The translations under genes were made by a program, and so were the position numbers. The notes under the pieces were generated by a model. The model was given only the letters and a program-made list of their open reading frames with translations. It did not search any database and had not been told where the DNA came from. A stretch of DNA of 22,428 bases from Fonticula alba ATCC 38817 (Eukaryota; Protista; Nucleariida), in assembly GCA_000388065.2 (NCBI GenBank), contig KB932207.1. The stretch is one strand, 5' to 3'. Below are positions 9,351 to 18,775 of the stretch, piece after piece (position 1 is the first letter of the stretch; each line of letters starts with the position of its first letter).

Positions 9351-11727
9351 ATGTCGGAGGCCCCGCACCTTGGGTTTGCCTCGCCGGCGCGTCCAAACGT
9401 GCCGATGCCAGCCCCGGGCCCGAACTCGCCAGCGATGCCCGGCGCCGAGGCCTGGTCGCCTGGGTCGCCCTCGGCGGCGCTGGCCATGTCCATGTTCTCG
9501 ATGCCCGGGCGCACGCCGAGCACCGAGCCGGCCCTGGCGACGCCGGCGCCGGGCGGCTTTTCCGCGCCGAGTCCCGGGCTGGGACCCGCATCGCCGGGGC
9601 CCAGCGCGTCGACCCTGCGCGGGGCCGCCCTGCACCCGGGCTTCGGAGAGCCGGATGACCTGTTCCCGCCGACGCCGTCGCGGCCCGGGTCCGGGGTGTC
9701 GGCCACGGGCCCGGGCGTCGCCAGCCCGGCGGCCGACGTGCTCACGCCCACAGCCCCGGCTGTCGCGGCCCAGGGGGATGTCATTCCCGGTGATGCGGTG
9801 GGGGCCCTTTGCCGTGCCCTGCGGCATGAGGTTCTTCCGCGCCTGGCCGGGCGCTCGGTGGCCGTCCAATCGACCGATCCCCTGGTGGCGCTGGCCGTGC
9901 GGACGGCGCTGGCGGCGCCGGCCGGCGGGGCCTCGGAGTCCGGGCCCGAGCCACACTCGCGCCCGGCGTCCGGTGCCCTGGAGGGCCTCACCGTTGAGGA
10001 CCATGTTGCCATCGGGTGCGCGAAGCCACATGAGCACACACACACACACACACGCACACACACACACGCACACGCGCATGCATGCACAATGGGCTGTGTG
10101 CGCCGCGGTCTCGAGCGCGCGCGCGCGCGCGCGCGCGCCACCGACCTCTGACCCGTCTGTTCCCCCCCCCCCCACCCCCCCAACAAACAGAGCTCTCTCT
10201 CGGATGCTGATCCACTCGGCGCGCGAGGGCCAGGGCAACAGTTGCCTGGTGACCGGGTCCTCCGCGTCGGGCAAAACCCGCGTCATCGAGTATGCGCTGG
10301 CGGCACTGCGGCTGGCCTGCCGAGCGGGCTTCGACCCGAACCGGCTGTCCGAGTGCCTGGAGGGGCCGGAAGGTGCGGCACCGCGTCTGGTCCGGCTGTC
10401 GGGCCTGGCGGCGGTCGACGAGCGGGCCGCCCTCTTTGACATCGCGCGGCAGCTGAGTGCCGAGGATGCCCTGGCGGCGCGGCTGGAGCAGGCCCCGGCT
10501 CGGGCACATGCCGCCGGGCCTGGCGACATCTCGGACGAGGAGGATGACGAGGAGGCCGCCGGGTCGGGCGGCCGGCGGTCCAGCCGCGAGGCGGCCTCCG
10601 CCGGCCGGCGTCTCGACGTGGCCGATGCCCTGAATGCCGTGCTGGCCACCCTGCGCGTGGGCGCCGGGGCTGGGCCCTCGGGCCCGGTGGCCACGCCGGC
10701 CGGCGGCGGGGCCACCCCGCCGGTGGTCTTTGTCCTGGACCATGTGGAGTATTTGGTGTCGGGGCGCCATGGCCGGCAGGCGCTCCTGTACAGCCTGCTG
10801 GAGCTGACCATCGCCCTGACCGAGCGCCCGGTGCTGCTGGTGGCGGCCACCTCGCAGTCGGATGTGCTGGAGTCGCTGGAAAAGCGAGTCCGGTCGCGCT
10901 TTTCCAACACCCTCATCCGGGTGGACCCGCCGCACCCGGCCGAGCGACTGGCGGACATGCTCTTCATCCATGGGCACTGGGGCCCGGACCCGGCCGGGGC
11001 CCTTGGCGCTTGGAATGCCCAGGTGGAGCGCCTGGCCGCTCGGCTGGATTGGGCCTTGGAGGAGGTGGTCGGCGATGCGCGGGACTTGACCCGGGCCGCG
11101 GCCAACCTGGTGGCCGCCGGCCTGGCCGAGCTGCAGGAGGCGGCCCGGCGCCCGGAGCCCCCCGGCCCCGTGGCCATCGGGCCCTTGCTGTCACCCGAGG
11201 AGCTCCGGCGCCAGTGCCGGCGACAGGCCCACGCTCGCAGCACCCCGGCCCGCTTGCAAGACCTGTCCGTCCTCCAGCTGGCCCTGCTGGTGGCCTCCTT
11301 CCGGTTGCCGTTCTACACGACGGCCACCCACTCGGCCGGGGCCGCGCACAAGATCCGCGGTGGCCGCGGCGCGGCCGGGTCCCTGAGCAGTTCGGATGGC
11401 GCCCTGCTGGCCGGGAGCACGCTCTCCGGCGAGCCATGGCCCGTCTTCAATTTCGACATGGTGCACCATACCTACACGCAGTTTGCCCTGCGCCAAACTT
11501 CCCACCACACGGACGTCTACAGCCGGCCGGTGTGTCAAAAGGCCTTCGCCGACTTGGTGGCCCTGGAGCTGGTCATCCCGGCGGTCGGGGCTTCCGGCAA
11601 TGTGGTCAATTCCGGGGCGGCCGGGTCGATGATGGTCCGCTCGGCCATCAGCGAGGCCGACCTGCAGGCGGCCATCCGCACGCGCCCCGAATGCCCGGTC
11701 ATGCTGCGGCTGTTTGCCGGGGTGTGA
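9351..11727 (+). CDS. ORC4: Origin recognition complex subunit 4 (AAA+ and winged helix), ~733 aa. Exons 9351-10015 and 10191-11727
   Basis: ORC4-type motifs: EGQGNSCLVTGSSASGKT (Walker A), PVVFVLDHVE (Walker B), RQALLYSLLEL, LEKRVRSRFS (arginine finger), LQDLSVLQLALLVA, FNFDMVHHTY, QKAFADLVALELV and ECPVML. A phase-2 intron 10016-10190 (GTGCGC..CTGAC..CAG) joins the frames. The start context is caccaccATG. Confidence 0.93.
10025..10138 (+). repeat. CA/CG-rich alternating tract and (GC)12 (10115-10138) in the ORC4 intron
   Basis: Read directly. Confidence 0.9.
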
Positions 11728-12314
11728 GAGGGTGGCTTGGCGTCGGTCCTTGCGGCGGGGAGGGCCTGCCGCCCGGCTGCTGGGCCCCGGCCACCGCAGA
11801 CACCGGCACACGCATATACATATATATACACACACACACAGGAATGGACCTCACACCCACATGTGTGCTCGCCTCTCACGGGCGGGATGTTGGGCGCGCG
11901 GCCGGGCGAGGGCAGGTGGTGGACCGTGAACCAGGGCGGCAGAGGGGGAGGATGTGGCAGCCCACATTTGCATCGGTCCGGGAATCACAGCCGCGCAGCC
12001 CGCGGCCTCACCCGGGCGCGCTCGACCTCCCCCCCCCGCCCCCTTGGTAGATGGGTGACCGGGAGATCGTGGGGCTCGCAGATAGCTCCCAACGATCCGA
12101 CGTCGATCGTCGCCCCGGCGGGTGTCCCCTCTCCCAGCCTCTGGCCGGCCCCTTTCAAGATCGGCCCCGGCGGGCATGGGCGTCCCACAAGCACATGCAC
12201 CTGCTCCTCCGCCCCCCGCCCTCCCCCCCCCCCCCCACACACACACGCATACATACGCGCCGCCGCCCCCCGCCACGTCGACTATCTCGCCACACATCGC
12301 GTCCTGGAGAGGAC

Positions 12315-13015
12315 ATGTCGCTGCGCCACTTTCTCGGCCTCGAGCCGGATGACCCGGAGCCCGGGGCCCGGCCCGCGGTGACGGTTGTTTCGTCTGCCAA
12401 CTTCTTCTCCGATTCCGACCAGGCGCTCACGGACGAGGAAGAGGCCGGCGACGAGGCCCACCACAGTGGCGGCCCTCAGGGCGATGACCCCGCCACCACC
12501 GAGGCCGATGCGCAAGCACTCGCACACACGCGCGCCCTGCTGGCACAGCTGTTTGCCGGGCAGGTCGTGGGGCCCGGCGGCCCGGGCCGCGAGTCGGCCT
12601 TCGTGGCCGGCCTCGCGCTGGCGGCCCTCCTCCCCCGGGGGTTCCTCTCCTCGCCGGCGCCATCCGGCCAGGCCGCCAAGCCATCGGGACTGCTGGATTA
12701 CCCCGGCCAGGGTGGGGCTCCTGCGCAGGGCTTCTGGACGGTGGCCCGGCTGAATGCCGAGGTGGGTGGGATCGCCAGGCGCCGTGCCGGCCAGTCCGAC
12801 GCCGCCACTCGGATCCGCTTCGGCGAGGGGGCTCTCTCGGAGGCGGCTCTCCGCTTCCCGGACGGCCCGGTGCCCCGGCCCGGTGTCACCCTCTCGCCGG
12901 ACTCCCACCACCATTCGGGGGAGACCTTTCGCAATCGCGTACGACCCCATCTGGGAGATCCCTCCCCCGGTCGACCCGGGGCGGGAGTGCACGCGCGCTT
13001 GCACACACACACACG

Positions 13016-13057
<42 letters not shown>

Positions 13058-15854
13058 CACACGCACACATGCAGGCATCCTCACTCACTCCCGCGCTCGC
13101 TCGCCTTCCCTCATCTGGCCGGTGCTCCCTTCGGCCATTCTGCGCGCTCTGCGCAAAGATGCTGGCCAATGTGCTGCTGTTCCTGAAACGCCATCTGGCC
13201 ACCTGCCCAGCCGACCAGGCCGTCTGGCTGTGTGATGTGCTGGCCTGCGCTCTCCGCGGCGCGGTCACGGCCGAACTGTGGGCCGACGCCCTGGCCGCGG
13301 TAGATGCCTGGGGCCGGCCGACCGTCGGCCCCGATCCCAGCCCTGGGCCGTCCACCGGCCCCGAGGCCGAGGAGGCCGCCTGGCAGTTGGCTCTCGATGA
13401 GCGGCTCCTCCGCGAGGGGGACGCCCTGGCCCTGCTGCTGGACATGATGCAGGCGGTGCTGGAGCGGGTGCGCTCTGGTCCGGCCGATCCGGCGTACTGG
13501 ACGCCGGTGCTCGTGCGGCTGATGGCCGCCTGCGCGCCCTTCCTCGCCCGGCCACTGGGCCTGGCTGAGGGCCTCATCCCGCCGTCCGTCCTGGCGATTG
13601 GGGACTTCCCCTGGGCCGGGCGCGTGCCCGGGTGGAAGCGCACGGCCCTGGCCGAGGCCCTGGCCGGCGCGGCACATGGCCTTCCCCCCGTCGACATGGC
13701 TGCCGAGGGGGGCCCCGGCCAGTCGGCCACCCTGGAGGCCGTGGCCGCGGTGGGTCTCCTGCGAGGGGCATGCATGCGGGCCGCGACGCTGGCCCGCTCC
13801 CTGGCCGGGCCCCAGAGGTCGGATCTGGTTCAGCTGGACCCGCTGCTGGTGGCCGGGATTCTGTGGGCCACGCACACGGTCCGACGGGGGGAAGCGGCCG
13901 GCAGCGGGGAGCTCCCCCCCGGCACCGGGGTCATTGGGCCCGGGGCTGCGCATGCCCTGGCCATTGACACTGGCCGGCTGGCGCTCCTGCTGCTGGAGGA
14001 CCACACCCCGATGGTCCAGCTGACCGGGGCCGCCGTGTTGCTGGGGCTCTTCGGCCCGCGGGAGTACTTCCACCCGGCCGCCCCGGATGCCGGGCTCAGC
14101 CACCGGCTGTATGACCGGCTTGAGCCTGTGTGGCATGGGGTCCGGCTGGAGCGCGCCGGGCGCCTGGCGGCTTTGGAGGATTCCGGGCTCGGGGCCCTGC
14201 TCCAGGCGCGCCTTTGCCAGGCGCTGACGAACTTCTCCGATGCCGGGGGCGTCGGGCCCGGGGGGCTGGCCGAGCGGCTGGTTCTCCTGGCGGCCATTCG
14301 GTCTGTGGGGGCCGGGAATCTGCCCGTCCGGTCGGTTGGCGTGAGCCTGGCCCCCGGGGCCGATGAGGCCGGCATCGGGGACCTGGCGCCCGAGGAGCTG
14401 GCCATGCGTCTCGACCCGGCTGCCCTGGCGGCGGCCGTCCACCATGCCAGCTCGCCGCCGGTGGTGGCCGCGGTCGAGCCGGTCCTGCTGGCCTTCAGCA
14501 CCCTCCTTCGGCAGGCGGCCCACGAGCCGCGCCTTCCCCGGCGCCTGGTACGTGCCGCGTGACACCCGGCCTCCCGGCCATCTCTTTGCCCTCCCTCGAG
14601 CAAGATGGCAAGAGGCTGCGCCCTTTCCCCCCTGCGTGCTCTCTCTCTCTCTCCCTCGGTCTCTTCTAACACGCATGGCTGCGCCCGTCAAACGCCCGCC
14701 TGGGGGGGGGGCGTGAAAATGGACAGGTGTACATTCAGATTATCTCCCGGTTTATGACGGTGGTCGGGCCGTTCAAGTGCATGACCGACATCGAGGTGCG
14801 CGGCCTCTGCCCGCTGGCTGCTTGTCCGCCCGGTCGCCCGGCTAACTGTCCCTTCTTTTGTTTCCCCCCCCCCCTCTGGGGCCTCGAGCAGCTCCTGGTC
14901 ACCATCATGTCGGAGTACTTCCCGACCATGAGCGTGCGGTCAGGCGAGGAGGATGGCCTGTATGTCGGTGCATCGGCTGCCACCGGGCATGGCGCGCTCG
15001 GCCGCGCGGTGCTCGAGGAGTTTGTCCCGCAGTTCCTGCGGTCGTGCTGGCCGCGTCTTGGTGGGGTGCCAATCCGGCAGCCAGTCCTGACGGACGCCGC
15101 GGTGGCCGCCTCGCCCGTTGGCCAAGTGTACACGGCGCTCGGCGGGGGAGGGCCTCTCATGCGTCCCCTCCGGTCGAAGGGGTCCGAGCGTCTGACCGCC
15201 GCACTGATTGAGTACTATTGCCGGGCCTTCCTTTGCGGTATGCCTTTTCATCCTGCCCGTCCTGCGCCTGGGCCTCGCCCTCTCTCTCTCTCTTGCTCTC
15301 ACTTGGCCTGCTGTGCCGCACCTGCACGCGTCTGTGGATGGACCCCCCCCCCCCCCCCGCCAGGCACTGACCTCATTGGCACAAAAAAAAACACCTGCAC
15401 GCAAACACGCACGCGTGCACATCTGTCTCTGCAAATACATGGCCGGACACCTCAAAGAATTCGACGACTCCCCCGAGTGGCGCCGGCAGGTGGCCATCTC
15501 CTACCAGCGGGACGTGCGGCCACTCCTACATCCGGACATCGTGCAGGTACATGCATGCTACACGCGCAGACAGACACACGCATGGATATGCATATTTGCT
15601 TGTTTGCTTGGATGGACACACCCAAACACGCACCCGGGTGGACCGGGGCTGGCGCTCTCTCCTTGTTCCCCCTGCCCCGGCTCTCTGGCTGGTGCTGACC
15701 TCTTTCTCTCTCTCACACACACACACACACATACATACAAACATACATGTCTTCTTCCCCCCCCCCCCCACCTTGATCATGCCAGGCGCATGAGCGGGAA
15801 ATCGTCCGCCTTGAGTCGGATCTTGCTCTGCTGTTTTACGGACTCGACGAGTAG
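12315..15854 (+). CDS. TTI2: Divergent TTI2-like (TELO2-interacting protein 2, TTT complex) helical-repeat protein, ~857 aa. Inferred exons: 12315-12938, 13159(or 13075)-14547, 14739-14795, 14892-15237, 15458-15546, 15786-15854
   Basis: All five introns are GT-AG with matching phases, and the joined frame is open to TAG at 15852-15854. Segments ILWATHTV, LALLLLEDHTPMVQLTGAAVLLGL, DAGLSHRLYDRL, RFMTVVGP..LLVTIMSEYF and FLRSCWPRLG occur in the same order as human TTI2 segments as I recall them (FSWTLQQV, SLVISDDYQTENKILGVHCL, AFVNRLG..IIGYL, LMQHTWPRVS). The match is by eye, without an alignment tool. Confidence 0.6.
13002..13069 (+). repeat. Interrupted (CA)n microsatellite in TTI2-like intron 1
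   Basis: Read directly. Confidence 0.9.
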
Positions 15855-15886
15855 CACCCAGCCATGCCCCATGCTCCCAGCCCTGC

Positions 15887-15914
<28 letters not shown>
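15887..15914 (+). repeat. (CT)14 downstream of the TTI2-like stop codon
   Basis: Read directly. Confidence 0.9.
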
Positions 15915-15917
<3 letters not shown>

Positions 15918-16077
15918 GTGAGCTAACTGGCTAACTTGCGAACTCCTTCCTCCTGCAGGAGGAATGGCGAATACACCAGCAGCCCTCAGACACATGCGCG
16001 TGGGGGGGGGGGGGGGGACACATCAGCAGGTCCATTCGGCCGGACACGGCTTGGGAGGGGGAAGGGGGAGCGGAGGC

Positions 16078-16644
16078 CTATTTCAGAGGCGGGGTCGCCA
16101 GGTCGATGTTGGCTTGGCGCGCGACGGCCTCGCACTCGGCCAACTGCCGGCGCAGGCGCAGCAGCGGCTCGCGGCCCTCCCGGATGATGACATCGTTCAG
16201 GAAGGCCTCCTGCTTGTCCAGGGCCTGGACTCGCCGGCGGAGAGCATGGAGATGCTCCGGCCGGAAGGCCGGCAGCCCGGGATCCCGATCGAGGGGCTGC
16301 CGGCTGGTCGATTGCCGAGCGCGGTAGATCAGCTCGGCCTCGATGCACAGGAAGTCCTCGCGCGCGGCCATGCCTTCGCAGGTTTCCGAGAGGGCACGGC
16401 CGACACGCACGAGGGCTGCCACGGCGGCTTCCACATCCGCACGACCAACCGGACGCGGATTGATGCGCGCATTGCGGCCCGGCGCTGTTGCCTCCCCGGG
16501 ACCCGGGTCCCCGGGCGCTTCCGGTGGCGACAAGACCCCCAGCAGCCCGGCGAAGGCCTCATGGAAGGCGGCCAGCTGGCGCCAAGATCGCTCAAGCAGG
16601 AGCTGCGCCGGTTCCCCGGCCGGGGGGGATGCTGAGCTGTCCAT
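16078..16644 (-). CDS. Helical protein of 188 aa, probably Mediator head subunit MED22 (Srb6/SURF5)-like
   Basis: Single ORF MDSSASPP...NIDLATPPLK* with ctcaccATG context. DVEAAVAALVRVGRALSETCEGMAAREDF resembles the MED22 segment [32 protein letters not shown] as I recall it, and it is preceded by an amphipathic helix (LLLERSWRQLAAFHEAFAGLLGVL). Coding status is likely; the family call is tentative. Upstream exons are possible. Confidence 0.5.
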   Translation of the reverse strand: MDSSASPPAGEPAQLLLERSWRQLAAFHEAFAGLLGVLSPPEAPGDPGPGEATAPGRNARINPRPVGRADVEAAVAALVRVGRALSETCEGMAAREDFLCIEAELIYRARQSTSRQPLDRDPGLPAFRPEHLHALRRRVQALDKQEAFLNDVIIREGREPLLRLRRQLAECEAVARQANIDLATPPLK

Positions 16645-16826
16645 GGTGAGGGGGCACCCGGGGCGGAGGGGAGAAAAGGAAATGTGCGGCGAAAGGGGCG
16701 GGGGGACGAGGGGGGGGGGGGGGGGTGTGATGGGGTGTGGATGCTTGGCGGCACCGGGAGCATGGCTGTCCTTTGGGTTTCTGCGGGAAGAAAAGCAGCA
16801 GCTGAATCCTGTCTCGTGGCATGCGT

Positions 16827-16867
<41 letters not shown>
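16827..16867. repeat. G41 homopolymer (C41 on the MED22-like sense strand)
   Basis: Read directly; homopolymer length is assembly-sensitive. Confidence 0.8.
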
Positions 16868-18184
16868 CGGCAAAGAGCCGGGCAGAGGCTGGGGAAAAAA
16901 AGATGGGGGCGGAGGGCGAGAGCGGAGGGCGAGAGTCTGTCGGGATTGGCCCCCGAGCCTGAGGGGCATCCCGCCAACGGGGGGGAGGCGTTTATTCCCG
17001 GGGAGGCGGCCCGGATTGAGGTCCCAGCGGACCCGGCGGCCATTTTGGATATCACACAGATTTTAAAAAGGCCCCGTTCCATCATGTGGCATGCCCCGGG
17101 CAGATCATGCACTTTGGTGGTCGCCGGGCCGCGCGCGCGCACGCGTGCAGCTCCCTGCCGGCGTTCTCCGGCTCCGTCTCCTCCGCAGGGGGGGGGGGAA
17201 CAGGGCGTGCGGCGGGACCCCCGGGGGCCGAAGGGCGGCCGCGGGAGGGGCTGGGTCCACCGACAACCCTGGCGTCGGGACACATGCACCAGTAGTCAGG
17301 TCCGTGCGCATGTGCTTGCTGCCCGTGCGTGTGTGCGCGCGGGCGCCCGCGCTCGCACGCTCGTGGAGTGCCTGCACGCGCCCTATCGGCCCGCCCTGGT
17401 CGCCGGCCCTGCCCCTCAGCAGAGTAAGCCCGAGTGTGGTGCTTACCGAGGGCCGCGGCGAACACGCGCACGGATCACCCCAGACTGACATCAGCGAGCA
17501 GAGCCATTCATGCTGGGGCCCGGTCACCGGCCCGGGATTGCCCTCGAAAACGTCTTGGCCCCCACAGCTGCCCGGGCTGCCTCGGCTCCGGTAAACGTGA
17601 GCGGCACACTCCCGGACGCTGCCCCCCCCCCCCATTCGGCCTCCCCACCCCCCGGGGGAGGGGCGGGGGGGCAGCGTCCGGGGTCGCTCGGACCGTGCCC
17701 CCGCGCAGCCGGGGGAGGGTCGGCCAATTAACGGTCGACGGTGGCGCCATCCGGCCGGGTTCGGTGCACGGATGCCCCTCCGGCTGCCGGTCGAGCGGGG
17801 CCTGACCGGGGGGTGGGGCATTTTAAAATGTGCCCGTTGCTTGTGCTGCCCGCGCGCCCTTCTCGTGTGCTTGCGGCGGCCCCCGGGGGCGGCGGCCGAA
17901 GAAATGCACTCGCAGGCAGGAGGGCGCCCTGCCTGATCCCGTTGGGAAGGCCCCGCGGCGGGGTGGCCCGCGACGGTCCCGCGCGCCCTTCCTCTCCGGC
18001 GCGGCAGCAATCTGGGCCCCTGGTCCCGGCGCCTCCCGCCCCCGGCGGAGGCACTCCATCTAGTGCTTCATCCCGCTTCGCCGCCCCGCCCCCCCCCCCC
18101 CCCCTTGGCCGGGGGCTGGAGTGCGTCTGACGAGCCTTGGCAGGGGTTCGCCGAGCCCCTTCATCCTCACGCCCAGAGCCCGGG

Positions 18185-18752
18185 NNNNNNNNNNNNNNNN
18201 NNNNNNNNNNNNNNNNNNNNNNNNNNNNNNNNNNNNNNNNNNNNNNNNNNNNNNNNNNNNNNNNNNNNNNNNNNNNNNNNNNNNNNNNNNNNNNNNNNNN
18301 NNNNNNNNNNNNNNNNNNNNNNNNNNNNNNNNNNNNNNNNNNNNNNNNNNNNNNNNNNNNNNNNNNNNNNNNNNNNNNNNNNNNNNNNNNNNNNNNNNNN
18401 NNNNNNNNNNNNNNNNNNNNNNNNNNNNNNNNNNNNNNNNNNNNNNNNNNNNNNNNNNNNNNNNNNNNNNNNNNNNNNNNNNNNNNNNNNNNNNNNNNNN
18501 NNNNNNNNNNNNNNNNNNNNNNNNNNNNNNNNNNNNNNNNNNNNNNNNNNNNNNNNNNNNNNNNNNNNNNNNNNNNNNNNNNNNNNNNNNNNNNNNNNNN
18601 NNNNNNNNNNNNNNNNNNNNNNNNNNNNNNNNNNNNNNNNNNNNNNNNNNNNNNNNNNNNNNNNNNNNNNNNNNNNNNNNNNNNNNNNNNNNNNNNNNNN
18701 NNNNNNNNNNNNNNNNNNNNNNNNNNNNNNNNNNNNNNNNNNNNNNNNNNNN
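18185..18752. other. Assembly gap (N run)
   Basis: Run of Ns; it covers the region just upstream of RRM2. Confidence 1.
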
Positions 18753-18775
18753 NCCCACCCCCCACCGAAAACATC

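Larger units (their letters stand above)
16645..18775. promoter_or_regulatory. Divergent (head-to-head) intergenic region between the MED22-like gene and RRM2, presumably containing both promoters
   Basis: The flanking genes point away from each other. CCAAT/ATTGG occurs near 16945 and 17724, and TTTTAAAA at 17061 and 17821. Part of the region is a gap. Confidence 0.45.

Noticed and set aside
8357-11243. Minus-strand ORFs of 609 and 906 aa overlapping ORC4
   Set aside because: They are extended artificially through N gaps and microsatellites, and are antisense to a clear gene.
11728-12314. Possible small gene between ORC4 and the TTI2-like gene
   Set aside because: No frame gives recognisable protein. 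The region fits a 3' UTR plus promoter, though a 5' extension of the TTI2-like gene cannot be fully excluded.
12405-12445. SDSDQ in the TTI2-like protein as a PIH1D1-binding DpSDD motif
   Set aside because: It does not match the DSDD/E consensus, and that motif is known from TELO2 rather than TTI2.
17424-17446. GTAAGC...GCTTAC hairpin as a possible ncRNA or snoRNA
   Set aside because: It is only a 6-bp stem, and I found no C/D or H/ACA boxes or Pol III promoter boxes nearby.
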